The notes under the pieces are model-generated. The model had not been told where the DNA came from and ran no database searches. It was given only the letters and a program-made list of their open reading frames with translations. Position numbers and translations under genes: made by a program. From NCBI RefSeq assembly GCF_006345805.1, contig NC_043013.1:49910001-49974000 (forward strand): 64,000 nt of DNA, read 5' to 3'. Below, piece by piece: positions 1 through 12,014 of the stretch (positions are counted from its first letter, which is position 1; every line of letters begins with the position of its first letter). This DNA comes from Octopus sinensis (lineage: Eukaryota).

Positions 1-112
1 AAATTAAGTGCCAGTTACGCACTGGGGTCGATGTAATCAACTTAATTCGTTTGTCTGTCCTTGTTTGTCCCCTCTGTATTTAGCCCCTTGTGTGTAGTAA
101 AGAAATAGGTAT
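1..112 (+). mobile_element. SINE family A, 3' part (runs off window start)
   Basis: Matches the 3' half (CCAGTTACGCACTGGGGTCGAT...AAAGAAATAGG) of full copies at 40003 and 51412. Confidence 0.85.
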
Positions 113-114
113 TC

Positions 115-1860
115 CCATATATCATTGGGAAGATTCTGTCAAGGTTATACCTAAAAGACTGGTTCAATCAATATCAGAGAGTATCACAACGGGATCGCAG
201 TGTGATTTCCACAAACATCAACGCATCTGTTCATTGCATTTGTGCATCTATCAAAGGCTTTGATGCAGCCAGCAAGGAACTTCTGTGTAATGTTCTTACG
301 AAGTTTAATTTTCCACCCAAAATCATGAATCTCCTACACTAGTTCCTCACAGCTGTGATGTCCTCCTTGGTTGTTGTTTGAGGACTAAAATCTAATCCCT
401 TCAGTATAAAAACAGGATTCAGACACTGTTGCATACTTGCACCTGTACTGCATGATATTTTCCTCATTTATGTTACTGCACCGTTTTGCAGAAAGATGGG
501 AAAAGAAGGAATTGTAAACACTCAGCATGACAGAAACCATTTCATCATCTGTGGGGGGGAGGGCACCATTAAGCTTAAATATGAACAAATCATTGAGCTA
601 CAGCAGTGCTTTTCAAACGTTTTGCTGGAGCGGAACCCCAAGGAAACATTCCACTGGCTCGAGGAACCCCTGTGCAATAATTTAATAGTCTTATGCACAC
701 ATATCTGCACAGGAGACTTAAAAATTACTGCCGATTTTAGCAGTTTTGTAACTTCTTGTGGAACCCCTGCACTGTACTGGCGGAACCCTGGTTGAAAACC
801 ATTGAGCTACAGTATGTTAGTGCTTGCTGTGATAGCTCACACTCCAGAAGCTACCATCTTGGAACTGTTATAATTTATAAAAGAATGAACCTGACCATTA
901 ACACTCAGAAAACTGAGTCATTTGTTAATGGCACCCAACACCACCTTCTCTCCTCTTCATTTTCTTGGTGCAACAACAACTAGTTACACCCTCCTAATTC
1001 TAGATACCTTGGCAATAAAGTTTCCAGTGACTGAAGAAGAGGATTGTAGACTACTTTAGATATGTTTTGCAAACAACTTGCACATGCAAGTGCTACCAGT
1101 CAAAAGCTCTGTATACCGGAAGCCAGCAAGTGTATGGGGTCATCAGGAGAGAATGCGCGCCGTTTCGGGGCCTACCTCTCGACGGAATCAATGCGCACCG
1201 GCCCCCCTCACTGATATGAGGCCCCGCTTGCTAGATCAGCTGGTTATGAAGTTAAACTCAATATCCTTCTAGCCATCGTTCATCGTCTCTTTTTAACCAA
1301 ATCCTGTAACCTTTGGAAACCTCAGAAAGTGAGTCTAAATAACTACTCACTGCACACTCATTTCAGCTTTCCTGTATGAATACAAGAAATAGACCATATA
1401 CAGTCAAAACATTAAGGGCCTCAAATCTTTGACATCCAGCATACACAGGAAATCTTTTAGTCTTTTTGGTGAGATAGGATTACACATACACATTGTACAT
1501 GCATTATCTGAGTTGACTGAGACATATATCTAACATTCTCCTCAACCCTAGTGGGATCCTCCATGGCCACCTACACTATGGGTGGAGGGCGAAAGAAGTT
1601 TTTCAAAGGCCAACTAAAGACATTTTTGAAAAAGAATAATATCAACATTTCAAAAATGGAGGACATTGCTCCCATCAGCAAGAGCACTTCGAGGAGACAC
1701 AGATGCAGATTAATATCTGTTATTGTTAACCAAGCATTCACATGTCCTATTTGCATCTGAAGTTTCGCATCAAGTATTGGAATGTACAGAAATCTAAGAA
1801 AGCACAACTGAAAGAGATGGTCATTATTAAATCTGATACTATATACAAGCAAGGAAGTAC
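115..1860 (+). mobile_element. Degenerate RTE/BovB-like LINE RT and C-terminal relic
   Basis: Frameshifted pieces resembling AFVDLSKAFD, CILAPVL, YLG, GGRKKFFKGQLKTFLKK and C-terminal FTCPIC; interrupted by insertions. Confidence 0.7.
604..804. mobile_element. hAT (Charlie-like) MITE
   Basis: TIRs CAGTGCTTTTCAA / TTGAAAACCATTG; perfect 8-bp TSD AGCTACAG at 596-603 and 805-812. Confidence 0.85.
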
Positions 1861-2029
1861 TCTGGTCAGTTTCAGTCTAGCAGATTGGTGTCTTTGTTGC
1901 CTAATAGTTCAGTCAAATCAATTCCTTTAGATCTGTGTTGTTGGGTTTTCAGTTTCTCTGCTGTGGCTACATCTTGTTTTTGTTGTGTAGTCCTGCATCG
2001 CTCTATTCCAGTAGCATACTGTTGACCTG

Positions 2030-2643
2030 CCTCCGTGCCAGTGGCACGTAAAACGCACCATCCGATCGTGGCCGTTGCCAGCCTCGCCTGGCCTCCGTGC
2101 CAGTGGCACATCAAAAGCACCATCCGATCGTGGCCGTTGCCAGCCTCGCCTGGCCCCCATGCCAGTGGCATGTAAAAAGCACCATCCGATCGTGGCCGTT
2201 GCCAGCCTCGCCTGGCCCCCGTGCCAGTGGCATGTAAAAAGCACCATCCGATCGTGGCCGTTGCCAGCCTCGCCTGGCCCCCGTGCCAGTGGCATGTAAA
2301 AAGCACCATCCGATCGTGGCCGTTGCCAGCCTCGCCTGGCCTCCGTGCCAGTGGCATGTAAAAAGCACCATCCGATCATGGCCGATGCCAGCTCCGCCTT
2401 GACTGGCTTCCGTGCCGGTGGCACGTAAAATGCACCATCCGATCGTGGCTGTTTGCTAGCCTCGTCTGGCACGTAAAAGGCACCCACTACACTCACGGAG
2501 TGGTTGGCGTTAGGAAGAGCATCCAGCCGTAGAAACACTGCCAGATCAGACTGGGCCTGGTGCAGCCTTCTGGCTTCCCAGACCCCAGTTGAACTGTCCA
2601 ACCCATGCCAGCATGGAAAGCGGACGTTAAATGATGATGATGA
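2030..2643 (+). mobile_element. RTE-LINE 3' end copy with internal 62-bp minisatellite
   Basis: Matches 3' UTR of the LINE at 57040-57399; (GAT)n tail; about 6 tandem 62-bp units at 2035, 2097, 2159, 2221, 2283, 2345. Confidence 0.85.
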
Positions 2644-2832
2644 TTAGGACATTTGGATAGACATGAGTAATTCAAAGTGAGTTCGTCATGGTTACCTACA
2701 TTATAGAAACTCTTTTCAGGCCACATTATTTGATGACTTGATTCTGATATTTTAAACATTTGACCACTGATCCATCTATACATATTCTCATGAGATTAAT
2801 TGTTAATAATAAGCTAATAATATTTCAATATG

Positions 2833-3140
2833 ATATTCTGTTGTGTCTGGGGAGAGTCATTCTCTTTTAGTGCCTTATTATTTAACACACTCACCGGTAA
2901 AATTTCCACTTATTTCTTATTTTTTATTTTCTAAAATTTTCGTTGCGTCTTATTGAAAAGGTTGCAAGACGCAACGAAAATTTTAGAAAATAAAAAATAA
3001 GAAATAAGTGGAAATTTTACCGGTGAGTGTGTTAAATAATAAGGTACTAAAAGAGAATGACTCTCCCCAGACGCAACAGAATATGCTTCAACACTCGAAC
3101 TCATATAAAGAATCTTGCAAACCAAATCTAAAAACGAATT
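2833..3140. repeat. Fold-back (about 118-bp arms), family also at 41355-41600
   Basis: 2833-2951 is the near-perfect reverse complement of 2966-3084. Confidence 0.9.
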
Positions 3141-3707
3141 ATTTCAATATCAGATTTCCATCTACATTGTTTTGGCCACATTACAGCATTGCCGCGATTC
3201 ATTTTTCTATTGATTTTGCAATCATTTTCCCCTATTTATATATTTTGGCTATTTTTGCAAATTCAAATATTTGCAAGACTTGTAAGATGGACTGGTACTT
3301 TTATCTGTGTTGACTGAAAGAAGCCAGACAGTAAATAGGTAAATCTTTGTTTATATTCTACCCACCCTCCAATCTTTTATCTCTTCAACAATTGTCTCTT
3401 CATTTAAGCCATTTAAATTCAATTGATGTAATTCCTTTTCCTCCGTTGTGTCTCACTGCTCTAGATCAGTTACTAAACATTTTGCTTTGAATTTTCTTTT
3501 GCCCAGTTTTCTTGTTACAATTAAAAAAGTAACTAAACAAATGGCATATGCTCTGATACTATTCAGTCATTCTTGTCTAACAAGACTCAGAAATGCTATG
3601 AATAAAAAAAATGTAAAATAAAGATTAATATCTGTAATAGTGTTTTAACTTATATAGAGAGTCAGAGCTCCTCCGTATTAATCATAGGATCCAAGTTTTA
3701 ATAATAA

Positions 3708-4082
3708 CTAGCAGTATCGCCCGGCGTTGCTCGGGTTTGTAAGGGAAATAACTATATAAGCATTTTTAGAGATGTAAAGTATAATAGCCATCTCAATATG
3801 GCTAACCACAAAGGAGGTGTTACTGTAGTTTTTTATGTTCTGAGATTAAATAATATATTTTTAGAGAGTTACTTCCCTTATGTAATAGCAAAAAAATGGG
3901 GGAAAATGATGGTAAATTTTTTTTTTAAATCGTAGACGCGCACTAATACCCAGAAGGGCTCGATATGAATGACGACTATAAGATACCCGCTTTTTGTTTC
4001 ACTGCACCGCAAAATGTGGGAGTAGTTAGGAATCTAAATCGTAGAGACAGACACCACACAACCTCACTTTTATATATATAGA
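3708..4082 (-). mobile_element. Non-autonomous Helitron
   Basis: On minus strand: 5' TC start, 3' CTAG end with subterminal hairpin CCCGAGCAACGCCGGG, inserted between A and T; copies at 15505, 15904, 28456. Confidence 0.85.
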
Positions 4083-4141
4083 TTTGAACATTTTGTTTTA
4101 TGCTTTGATAGATTGATATGAAATTAACTATCTTATTTCAG

Positions 4142-4224
4142 GATGAATATTCAGTAACTCCAAATGATTATTATATGAATGTTGATGGATACATTCTTGT
4201 GTACTCAATAACATCACAAAGAAG
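4142..4224 (+). CDS. Rheb: Rheb-family GTPase, internal exon (equivalent to RHEB exon 4), DEYSVTPNDYYMNVDGYILVYSITSQR
   Basis: tttcag acceptor and gtatgt donor; 83 bp; resembles RHEB DEYSIFPQTYSIDINGYILVYSVTS. Confidence 0.9.
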
Positions 4225-4601
4225 GTATGTATTGTTATATAAACTGAACCCTTTACTTTTCTTCTTAAATGAAAAGTTAACAGCTGCTTTTATTTGTTTC
4301 CAATTTCTGGTTTAGTTATGTTAACCGTACATCAGATATAACTGATTATTTCTAGTGTTTCACTCAAGATTCTAATCACACTGCTACACCGAAGCAGTCT
4401 CTTTGACTTAAATGTAACTTGTAACTATTGCTAATAGTAATGCACTAAACCATATACTAATTTTTAGAATTTAGTAATATTTTATAGTTTTTGTTCAAAA
4501 TCTGGTATGATTGATTTGGTTTGATCTATATGACTTTTCTTGTAATACCTTTAATGTAATAACTTCTGTCTCCAATATTTAATATATTAGTACACTTACA
4601 T

Positions 4602-4990
4602 AGGCGCAGGAGTGGCTGTGTGGTAAGTAGCTTGTTTACCAACCACATGGTTCCAGGTTCAGTCCCACTGCGTGACACCTTGGGCAAGTGTCTTCTACTA
4701 TAGCCTCGGGCCGACCAAAGCCTTGTGAGTGGATTTGGTAGACGGAAACTGAAAGAAGCCCGTCGTATATATGTATATATATATATGTATGTGTGTGTGT
4801 TTGTGTGTCTGTGTTTGTCTCCCTAGTTGTGTTTATGTCCCCGTTACTTAGCGGTTCGGCAAGAAGAGACCGATAGAATAAGTACTGGGCTTACAAAAGA
4901 ATAAGTCCCGGGGTCGAGTTGCTTGATTAAAGGCGGTGCTCCAGCATGGCCGCAGTCAAATGACTGAAACAAGTAAAAGAGTAAAAAGAG
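4602..4990 (+). mobile_element. SINE family B (tRNA head, internal (TA/TG)n)
   Basis: A-box TGGCTGTGTGG, B-box-like GGTTCAGTCCC; about 10 copies in window. Confidence 0.9.
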
Positions 4991-5121
4991 AGTTACTGTT
5001 ATAGAAGAGAGTTGATCGAGTTTTGGGCTGATTTATCTCCTTTTATACACACTCCAATAGAATTTAAGAGTTGGAGAGAATTAGAGAAATTTAGAGGAAG
5101 ACATATATTATGACAAATAAC

Positions 5122-5533
5122 AGATCTTTTCAGTTTGAACGGCAGTTTTTAACATAATTTCTAGGTAACTAAAAAATTTTAAACTTCGTATACTGGTAGA
5201 ATGTGTTTATTAAGCATCTTTTTCTCTTGGCTTTATTGAGAAAATTCTATAGTTTGTAAGATATTTGTTGTTGTTTTTCTTCAATTTCTGCAATTTCAAC
5301 CAATCAGTGACGTCTATTAAGGTAAAAAAACATTCTGTGCCGTATGAATATGTCCCTCGTTTCAGAAACAGATTGGGTTTATTTGTGAAGAAAAAAAGAT
5401 ACCCTCCCCCCTAACCCTAACCCTATCCCTAAAACAGGTTGAAATGCAATAGATTGATACTAGGGTCATGATTATGGGTGACAATTTCATATGAAACCGC
5501 TAGAAAAAACTGCCGTTCAAACCGAAAAGATCC
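5122..5533. mobile_element. MITE with about 29-bp TIRs (Merlin/Mutator-like, superfamily uncertain)
   Basis: TIR GATCTTTTCAGTTTGAACGGCAGTTTTT / AAAAACTGCCGTTCAAACCGAAAAGATC; near-perfect 8-bp TSD (C/G)AAATAAC; internal CCCTAA run. Confidence 0.8.
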
Positions 5534-5678
5534 GAAATAACAATGGGATTTTGTATTTTACTCTCTAGTTAAACGAATCACTTAGCATAGCAAGCATTTA
5601 ACTCATTTTGCACATTGTTAGCCTTTGTACATTTTCAGTGTCGTTAATTTATAATAATCTTTTTTTCCTTCTTCACAG

Positions 5679-5735
5679 CCTTGATATTATCAAATTGATT
5701 TACAACAAGATAAGTGACATGAAAGGCAGAATATG
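5679..5735 (+). CDS. Rheb: Rheb exon (equivalent to exon 5), (S)LDIIKLIYNKISDMKGRI
   Basis: Polypyrimidine tract plus cacag acceptor, gtaagt donor; 57 bp; phase 2 joins previous exon. Confidence 0.9.
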
Positions 5736-5746
5736 GTAAGTATTAA

Positions 5747-5967
5747 CCCTTTCGTTACCAACCTGGCTGAAACCGGCTCTGGTTCTGTAATACAAAAGTC
5801 TTGTTTTCATAAGTTTTCAATTAAAATCTTCCACCAAACCTTAGTCACAATTTATGTTCCCAACACTAGCTGAATGATAACTAAGTTATTTTACTAAATT
5901 CTTTGTTATATTTAAAGTAATTGAGAGAAACACAGAGCATCTCAAAATAAATACAGTTATGAAAGGG
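5747..5967. mobile_element. piggyBac-type MITE
   Basis: TTAA|CCCTTTC...GAAAGGG|TTAA; inverted copy at 30102-30311. Confidence 0.85.
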
Positions 5968-6500
5968 TTAATGCTATAAAAGTTTCTATTTTCCTACAAT
6001 TCCATTTTTACTACTGAATTCTAGATAAACATCTGGCCCTACTTTGTAATAGATTTGAAATTGGAAATTATCAAGTAACATAGATATTGATATGATGTTT
6101 TGATTTCATGGGTTTATATATGACCTGAATATATCAAAGGAAATTTTTTTCAATTTGCAATATTATAGAATAGACAAAGGCTAAAAAGTGAGCTTGTTTC
6201 TACCTATGACCCTATAAAGGAAGTTTAGTTATGTTTTAGATTTGGTTTCCATTTCCTATCAAGACACCTACGTTTTAAAGAAAATCTCTACACAGTCATT
6301 TGATGTACCAGAAGCGGCAACCAAATAAATACTCCCTTCTTTCAATTACCCTATGACCTTAGAAAAGGACTCATTGGTACATGTGGTCCTGGCTGCTTTG
6401 TACTTTGGAATTGAGAAATACATGAGCATATTGTGTAGGTGCAATATTTACATTCGTCATTGCATACAGTGTTGACTGCAAAAGATATCTATAGATATGT

Positions 6501-7012
6501 TCATCATCATCATCATCATCATCGTTTAGCGTCCGCTTTCCATGCTAGCATGGGTTGGACGGTTCGACCGGAGTCTGGGAAGCCAGAAGGCTGCACCAGG
6601 CCCAGTCTGATCTGGCAATGTTTCTACGGCTGGATGCCCTTCCTAATGCCAACCACCCCGTGAGTGTAGTGGGTGCTTTTTACGTGCCACCAGCACAGGT
6701 GCCAGGCGGGGGCAGGCAAACGGCCACGATCGGATGGTGCTTTTTACGTGCCACCGGCACAGGGGCCAGGCGGGGCAGGCATGCTATGATCGGATGGTGC
6801 TCTTTACATGCCACCGGCACGAGGCCAGTCAGGGCGGCGCTGGCAACGGCCACGTTCGGATGGTTCTCTTACGTACCACCAGCACTGGTATCACAGCTGC
6901 AATTTCCATTGATGTTGATCGATTTCGATTCTCACTTGCCTCAACAGGTCTTCACAAGTAGAGTTTTGTGTCCCAAGAAGGAAAGGTGTGCATAAGTGGA
7001 CTGGCTACATCC
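6501..7012 (-). mobile_element. RTE-LINE 3' end copy
   Basis: (CAT)n tail, CCATGCTAGCATGG hairpin, GTGCCACC repeat units. Confidence 0.85.
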
Positions 7013-7051
7013 CATGTTATATTTTATTGCAATTTCATCTTATTGTTGCAG

Positions 7052-7099
7052 GGTTCCAATTGTCCTAGTTGGAAACAAAACAGATCTTGAAGAAGATAG
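7052..7099 (+). CDS. Rheb: Rheb exon (equivalent to exon 6), (W)VPIVLVGNKTDLEED, G4 box NKxD
   Basis: ttgcag acceptor, gtaagt donor; 48 bp; GNKTD motif. Confidence 0.92.
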
Positions 7100-7539
7100 G
7101 TAAGTTCATTTTGGAGGATTATACTTGGTCTTTTTATTTACTGTTGTTAGTAGATATGGTGTATATGTATGTTAACATTTAGTCTACGGTATGATTATGT
7201 TGAATTATCTGGAAATTTTTTTTTTTCTTTTCTTCATAATATGAGAAACAACATATGACTTAGTAAGGATCAAAAACCAGAAAATGCTTAAGAGACACAG
7301 AAAAAATTTCACCCAAACAACCAGGGAGATATCTACTGTGTATAGAAAAGAGGTGCTAAGTAAAAGGATATGTAGAACTAGATTTGCAAAATTTGATGCT
7401 TATTATTTCAGTCTCCAAGGTAAAGACCATTCTTGATGGCCACCAACTGCTAATGACAACAGAATCATGACTGCTATCAATGAAAGCCAACACTACACTG
7501 TCAGAGAGTTTGCAGCAATTTTGAGGTACATAAACTGAG

Positions 7540-8640
7540 ATGTTTGGGTTCTGCCAGCCTTTGATAGTGACCCCCATTCCTTGATCTAGTGGTTACTGTA
7601 GAAGCTGGGAATAGACAAATAGCTGGTGAGAGCCATCCAGGCCATGTACAGGGGTGCTGTTTTCAGCAGTGAATTTATTATGCGGCTAGGGATTAACCAG
7701 GGCTTGGTTCTGAGTCCCCTCAGGCTATAAAAGAGGAGCTTAAGATTGGTGGGAGCTCTTCTGTACTGTCAATCTTCTTATAGCTGGTTCTGTAGTAGAA
7801 TTAGAAAGAAATTCCAAACCTGGAATTAAAGTTAACTTAGCAAAGTCCAAAGTTCTGATACACAGGAAAACACATACCACTAATCCCTTGAGGAAAATGC
7901 TCCTGTTTGACATGTAAAAAAAGGTGTAGATAGAAATTCCATCTGGTGTTCCCATTGCAAAGCCTGGGAGGTGCAGTGTAATATCAAGAAGGTTAACAAA
8001 GAAAGTGGACTTTGTGTGTGCAGGAGGAATAAAAAATAAGAATGCACAAGAAATAGATTTTCTTTAATATCCAAGAGGATCCTTAGAGTTAGGAAACAGT
8101 TTGTTTCTTGGTGACCAAATTAGCAGTGGAGGAGGAGTGGAGTGACTTGAAGAAGGACCAACTGGCAGAAAGTTCAGGAAACAATTACCTCTGTTGGAAA
8201 CAAACACCTCTCTCTGAAAGTGAAAGGCCGATTGTATGATTCTTGTTTACATGAATCATGTAGCAATACTACATGAGATATGCCGTCGTGAAATGTGAGC
8301 CATGAATGCAGAGGACATGCAAAGGTAAGAAACGAAGCTCACATGCTCAGCTGGATGTGCATTTTCAATGTGCATATGAGAGGAAAATTGAGCATAAGAG
8401 GAATCAGAGGTCATGTGCAACACTGTGCTGGTATGATCGTGTGATGTGTTTGGATGAGGGCAGATGCATAAAGAAGTACCAATCGCCAAAATGTGGATGG
8501 AACCTGTGGAAGAAGTAACCCAAGAAGATATGGTCTGAAGTAATGAAGCATAACCTCCAAATGCTGAGCCTCACTGAGGAGATGACAAAGGACTCAAATG
8601 ACAGGCAATTTGCTATACTCAAGAAGACTTATCTGTCTCA
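7540..8640 (+). mobile_element. Old RTE-LINE RT relic (family of the 53.7-57.4 kb element)
   Basis: Collinear degenerate similarity to 55670-56850; old 3' UTR at about 9560-9810. Confidence 0.75.
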
Positions 8641-8775
8641 GCAAGAATGAAGCCCTAGAAGCATATTGTTTGTATTTATGCCCCGGCATCAAATCTTTCT
8701 CTGTCTCTCCCTGACAAATCATCATCCTCATGCCTCAGCACCCTCTATAACTCTTCTGATTATAGCACTATTCAC

Positions 8776-8930
8776 TCATCATCATTTAGCGTCTGCTTTC
8801 CTTGCTAGCATGGGTTGGACGGTTCAACTGGGGTCTGGGAAGCCAGAAGGCTGCACCAGGCCCAGCCTGATCTGGCAATGTTTCTACGGTTTGATGCCCT
8901 TCCTAACGCCAACCACTCCATGAGTGTAAT
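8776..8930 (-). mobile_element. RTE-LINE 3' end copy (short)
   Basis: (CAT)n tail plus family sequence. Confidence 0.8.
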
Positions 8931-9859
8931 CACTCACTGTAATTATATGAGAGCAGAACTGTGCATATTTCATCCCCACTTATCTGTTATCACTTTCCCT
9001 AGAACCACTTCCTTTCACTACTCATATTCTCAATACCACCCCTAATCCCATTATTTCCCTCAGAATTCCCCTCTCACACACACTCATTTCCCTTGTACAC
9101 TCTTCCACTGACATCCCCCACTACCTTTCTCCATCACTATTTCTACCACTATGTACCCCTGGCCTCATCCCTAGCACTTTATTTCTCTCCAGCACCCCCA
9201 ACACACACACCCCTCATCATCTGTACTGCCACCTATTACTCCCTAACCCATTCCTATTTTCTCTATCCATCCCCTCCAGAAAGTTGGTATATGCCATTAA
9301 CCATGCCCCCCACCTCTGTTTACCATTCACTGCATTTACCTCTATTCATTTGCCACCCTCTTTACACACTCTTGTGAATTTACCCACCCACTCATCAGGT
9401 CTGATTCTCTGTTCCATTTTCTTATATTCACCTTCTGTACCCTGAGTGTACACCCTGACACTTCAGCATCACCATTTTCTCACTTTTTTTTCCCCCAGCT
9501 GGGGTAGCCATGTATCTCCTCTACTAATCTCTCATCACCTGGTATAAAGCCACCTGCCTCCATAAAACACCCACCCCACTCAGTTGAGGGGGTCCTGTCT
9601 CACAAGTTACTTGGTGACCCTACTAGTGCTGGTCCCACACAAAAAAGCACCCAGGGCATTCTGTGAAGTAGTTGATGTTAAGAAGGGAATCCATCTGGGC
9701 AAACTATGCCAAAGCAGGCACTGAAGCTCAGCACAGTCTTTTGACTCAGTTCCTGTGAAACCCTCCAACCCATGCTAGTATAGAAGACAGGCATTAAACA
9801 ATGACGATGATATCACTTTCAATTCTGGGCATATGGCATAGTGTTTAACAGCATGGGAT

Positions 9860-10127
9860 TTGGCTGTTGCCAGCTTCGTCTGGTCTCCGTGCCGGTGGCA
9901 CGTAAAAAGCACCATCCGACCGTGGCCGTTTGCCAGCCTCGTCTGGCATGTAAAAAGCACCCACTACACTCACGGAGTGGTTGGCATTAGGAAGGGCATC
10001 CAGCTGTAGAAACACTGCCAGCTCAGACTGGGCCTGGTGCAGCCTTCTGGCTTCCCAGACCCCAGTTGAACCGTCCAACCCATGCTAGCATGGAAAGCTG
10101 ATGTTAAACGATGATGATGATGATGAT
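9860..10127 (+). mobile_element. RTE-LINE 3' end copy
   Basis: Family sequence ending in (GAT)n. Confidence 0.85.
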
Positions 10128-10339
10128 ACTAACTCCAAGATTCCGAGTTCGTTTCCAGACTTGAATAATAATAATAATTTCGAAAATTATTGTTAACAAT
10201 AAACAAGATGAGGACAAATATCCATCAGATGTAAATAATGTACCTTTCCATCTACCGAAAAATATGTGATGCAAAGCATAACAACAAGGTCTGGAAACAT
10301 GAAAGTGTGTATGGATTGTGATTATAAGCAGTCTCGATA

Positions 10340-10916
10340 TACTAAACCCTATCTTGCCCAGGATATCAATCGTCTGGAAGCTGTTCAGCGACGTGCAACC
10401 AAAAGAATACCCTCCATCAGGCATTTGCCATATCCTGAACGCCTTACTTCCCTGGGCATGGACACATTGAAACTCCGACGTCTGGCAGCTGACTTGGCAG
10501 ACACCCGTAAAATTATCAACCATCTTACAAACAATAACTCTGAGCACCTTTTCAAACTCCACCTGTCTAACACCCGTGGACATATTTACAAAGTAAGAAA
10601 ACAGCACAGCTCCCATGACTTTAGGAAACATTTTTTCACGCTGAGAGTTGCTGAAGCATGGAACAAACTGCCGGCATCAGTTGTTAGTTGTCGGAGCACT
10701 GCATCCTTCAAAACTTCCATGCTTCCTGAGATTCGCCAACACTACACCTGATTTTCTCCCCTCCATACACACACAAGCATGTATCTGACTCATACATTGT
10801 TCGCTTTCCAGACATTTCTACATTACTGCATATACTTTATACGCACTTTCTGACAAGTTGTGGTGCACCTGAGCACTGTATACAATAATTTCATTATTAT
10901 TATTATATTATTATTA
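10340..10916 (+). mobile_element. CR1-clade LINE 3' fragment
   Basis: PYLAQDINRLEAVQRRATK...TRGH...FFTLRVAEAWNKLP, then 3' UTR and (ATT)n tail. Confidence 0.85.
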
Positions 10917-11235
10917 AACTTTGGCTTTCTTAGTTCATGACTAAGTTTAGTTATTGTTTTCAACAATATACATTTGAACGACAGTGCCCCAGCATGGCCA
11001 CTGCTCGTGAGCTGAAACTAGATAAAATGAAAAAAAAAATATCAAAAAACAAGTGAAGGATCTTTTTGCAAGAAAGCCAAAGAAATTCTAATAAGAAAGC
11101 CTGCCAAGATGGTCAGAACAGCGGAAGAAGGTTGTTGAACACATGGTTTGAATAATTAAAACAAAGTTGAAGAAATCACTACAAAGTGGAATTCAAAACT
11201 GGATTTTTTTCCTTAATTTATTTGAAGCAACAAGT

Positions 11236-11772
11236 TCACATGACATAAATGAAGTTTCTAGTGCTCTTCCACCAACATGTTCACATGGTGGAACTGATGA
11301 TGTTGGTAGTGCTCCTTCATTATATTCACATGGAGGGGTTAATGTTTCTAGTCCTTCTCCACTAGGAGTTGATGTTTGTATTACTCCTCAAATAACCTAT
11401 TCACATGGAGGAGGTGATGTTTCTGGTGCTCTTCCACCATGTTCACATGGTGGAACTGATGATGTTGGTAGTGCTCCTTCATTATATTCACATGGAGGGG
11501 TTAATGTTTCTAGTCCTTCTCCACTAGGAGTTGATGTTTGTATACTCCTCAAATAACCTATTCACATGGAGGAGGTGATTTTCTGGTGCTCTTCCACCAT
11601 GTTCACATGGTGGAACTGATGATGTTGGTATGCTCCTTCATTATATTCACATGGAGGGGTTAATGTTTCTAGTCCTTCTCCACTAGGAGTTGATGTTTGT
11701 ATTACTCCTCAAATAACCTATTCACATGGAGGAGGTGATGTCTCTGGTGCTCTTCCACCAACATGTTCACAT
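11236..11772. repeat. Tandem repeat, 162-bp unit x about 3, built of 45/75/42-bp TCACATGG subunits
   Basis: Unit starts at 11281, 11443, 11603. Confidence 0.9.
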
Positions 11773-11932
11773 GAAGTAAGGGATATTTTGTTGTGTTCCT
11801 CTATCAGTATTTCCACACGCAGGAGTGGAAGTTTCTTTTACTTCTCTGTCAATATGTTTACACAAAAGTGATTCATTACAGTGTATGTTACTTTGAAGTT
11901 CTTCTTTAATCCTCTGCTTTTCCCTATTTCAG

Positions 11933-12014
11933 AGCAGTTACAATGGAAGACGGAAAAAAACTTGCCGACGAATGGGAAATTCCTTTTCTTGAAGTATCTG
12001 CCAAAACAGATGAG
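11933..12014 (+). CDS. Rheb: Rheb exon (equivalent to exon 7), (R)AVTMEDGKKLADEWEIPFLEVSAKTDE, G5 box SAK
   Basis: tttcag acceptor, GT donor; 82 bp; FLEVSAK motif. Confidence 0.92.

Noticed and set aside
2030-2420. CRISPR-like array of palindromic repeats
   Set aside because: No unique spacers, the unit belongs to a LINE 3' UTR, the context is eukaryotic and there are no cas genes
4118-4315. 65-aa single-exon ORF
   Set aside because: Only 4142-4224 is exon; flanks are intron read-through
5409-5432. Telomeric CCCTAA repeats
   Set aside because: Only 3-4 imperfect units inside a MITE
11236-11772. CRISPR-like spacing of TCACATGG repeats
   Set aside because: Intervening sequences repeat with a 162-bp period; it is a tandem repeat
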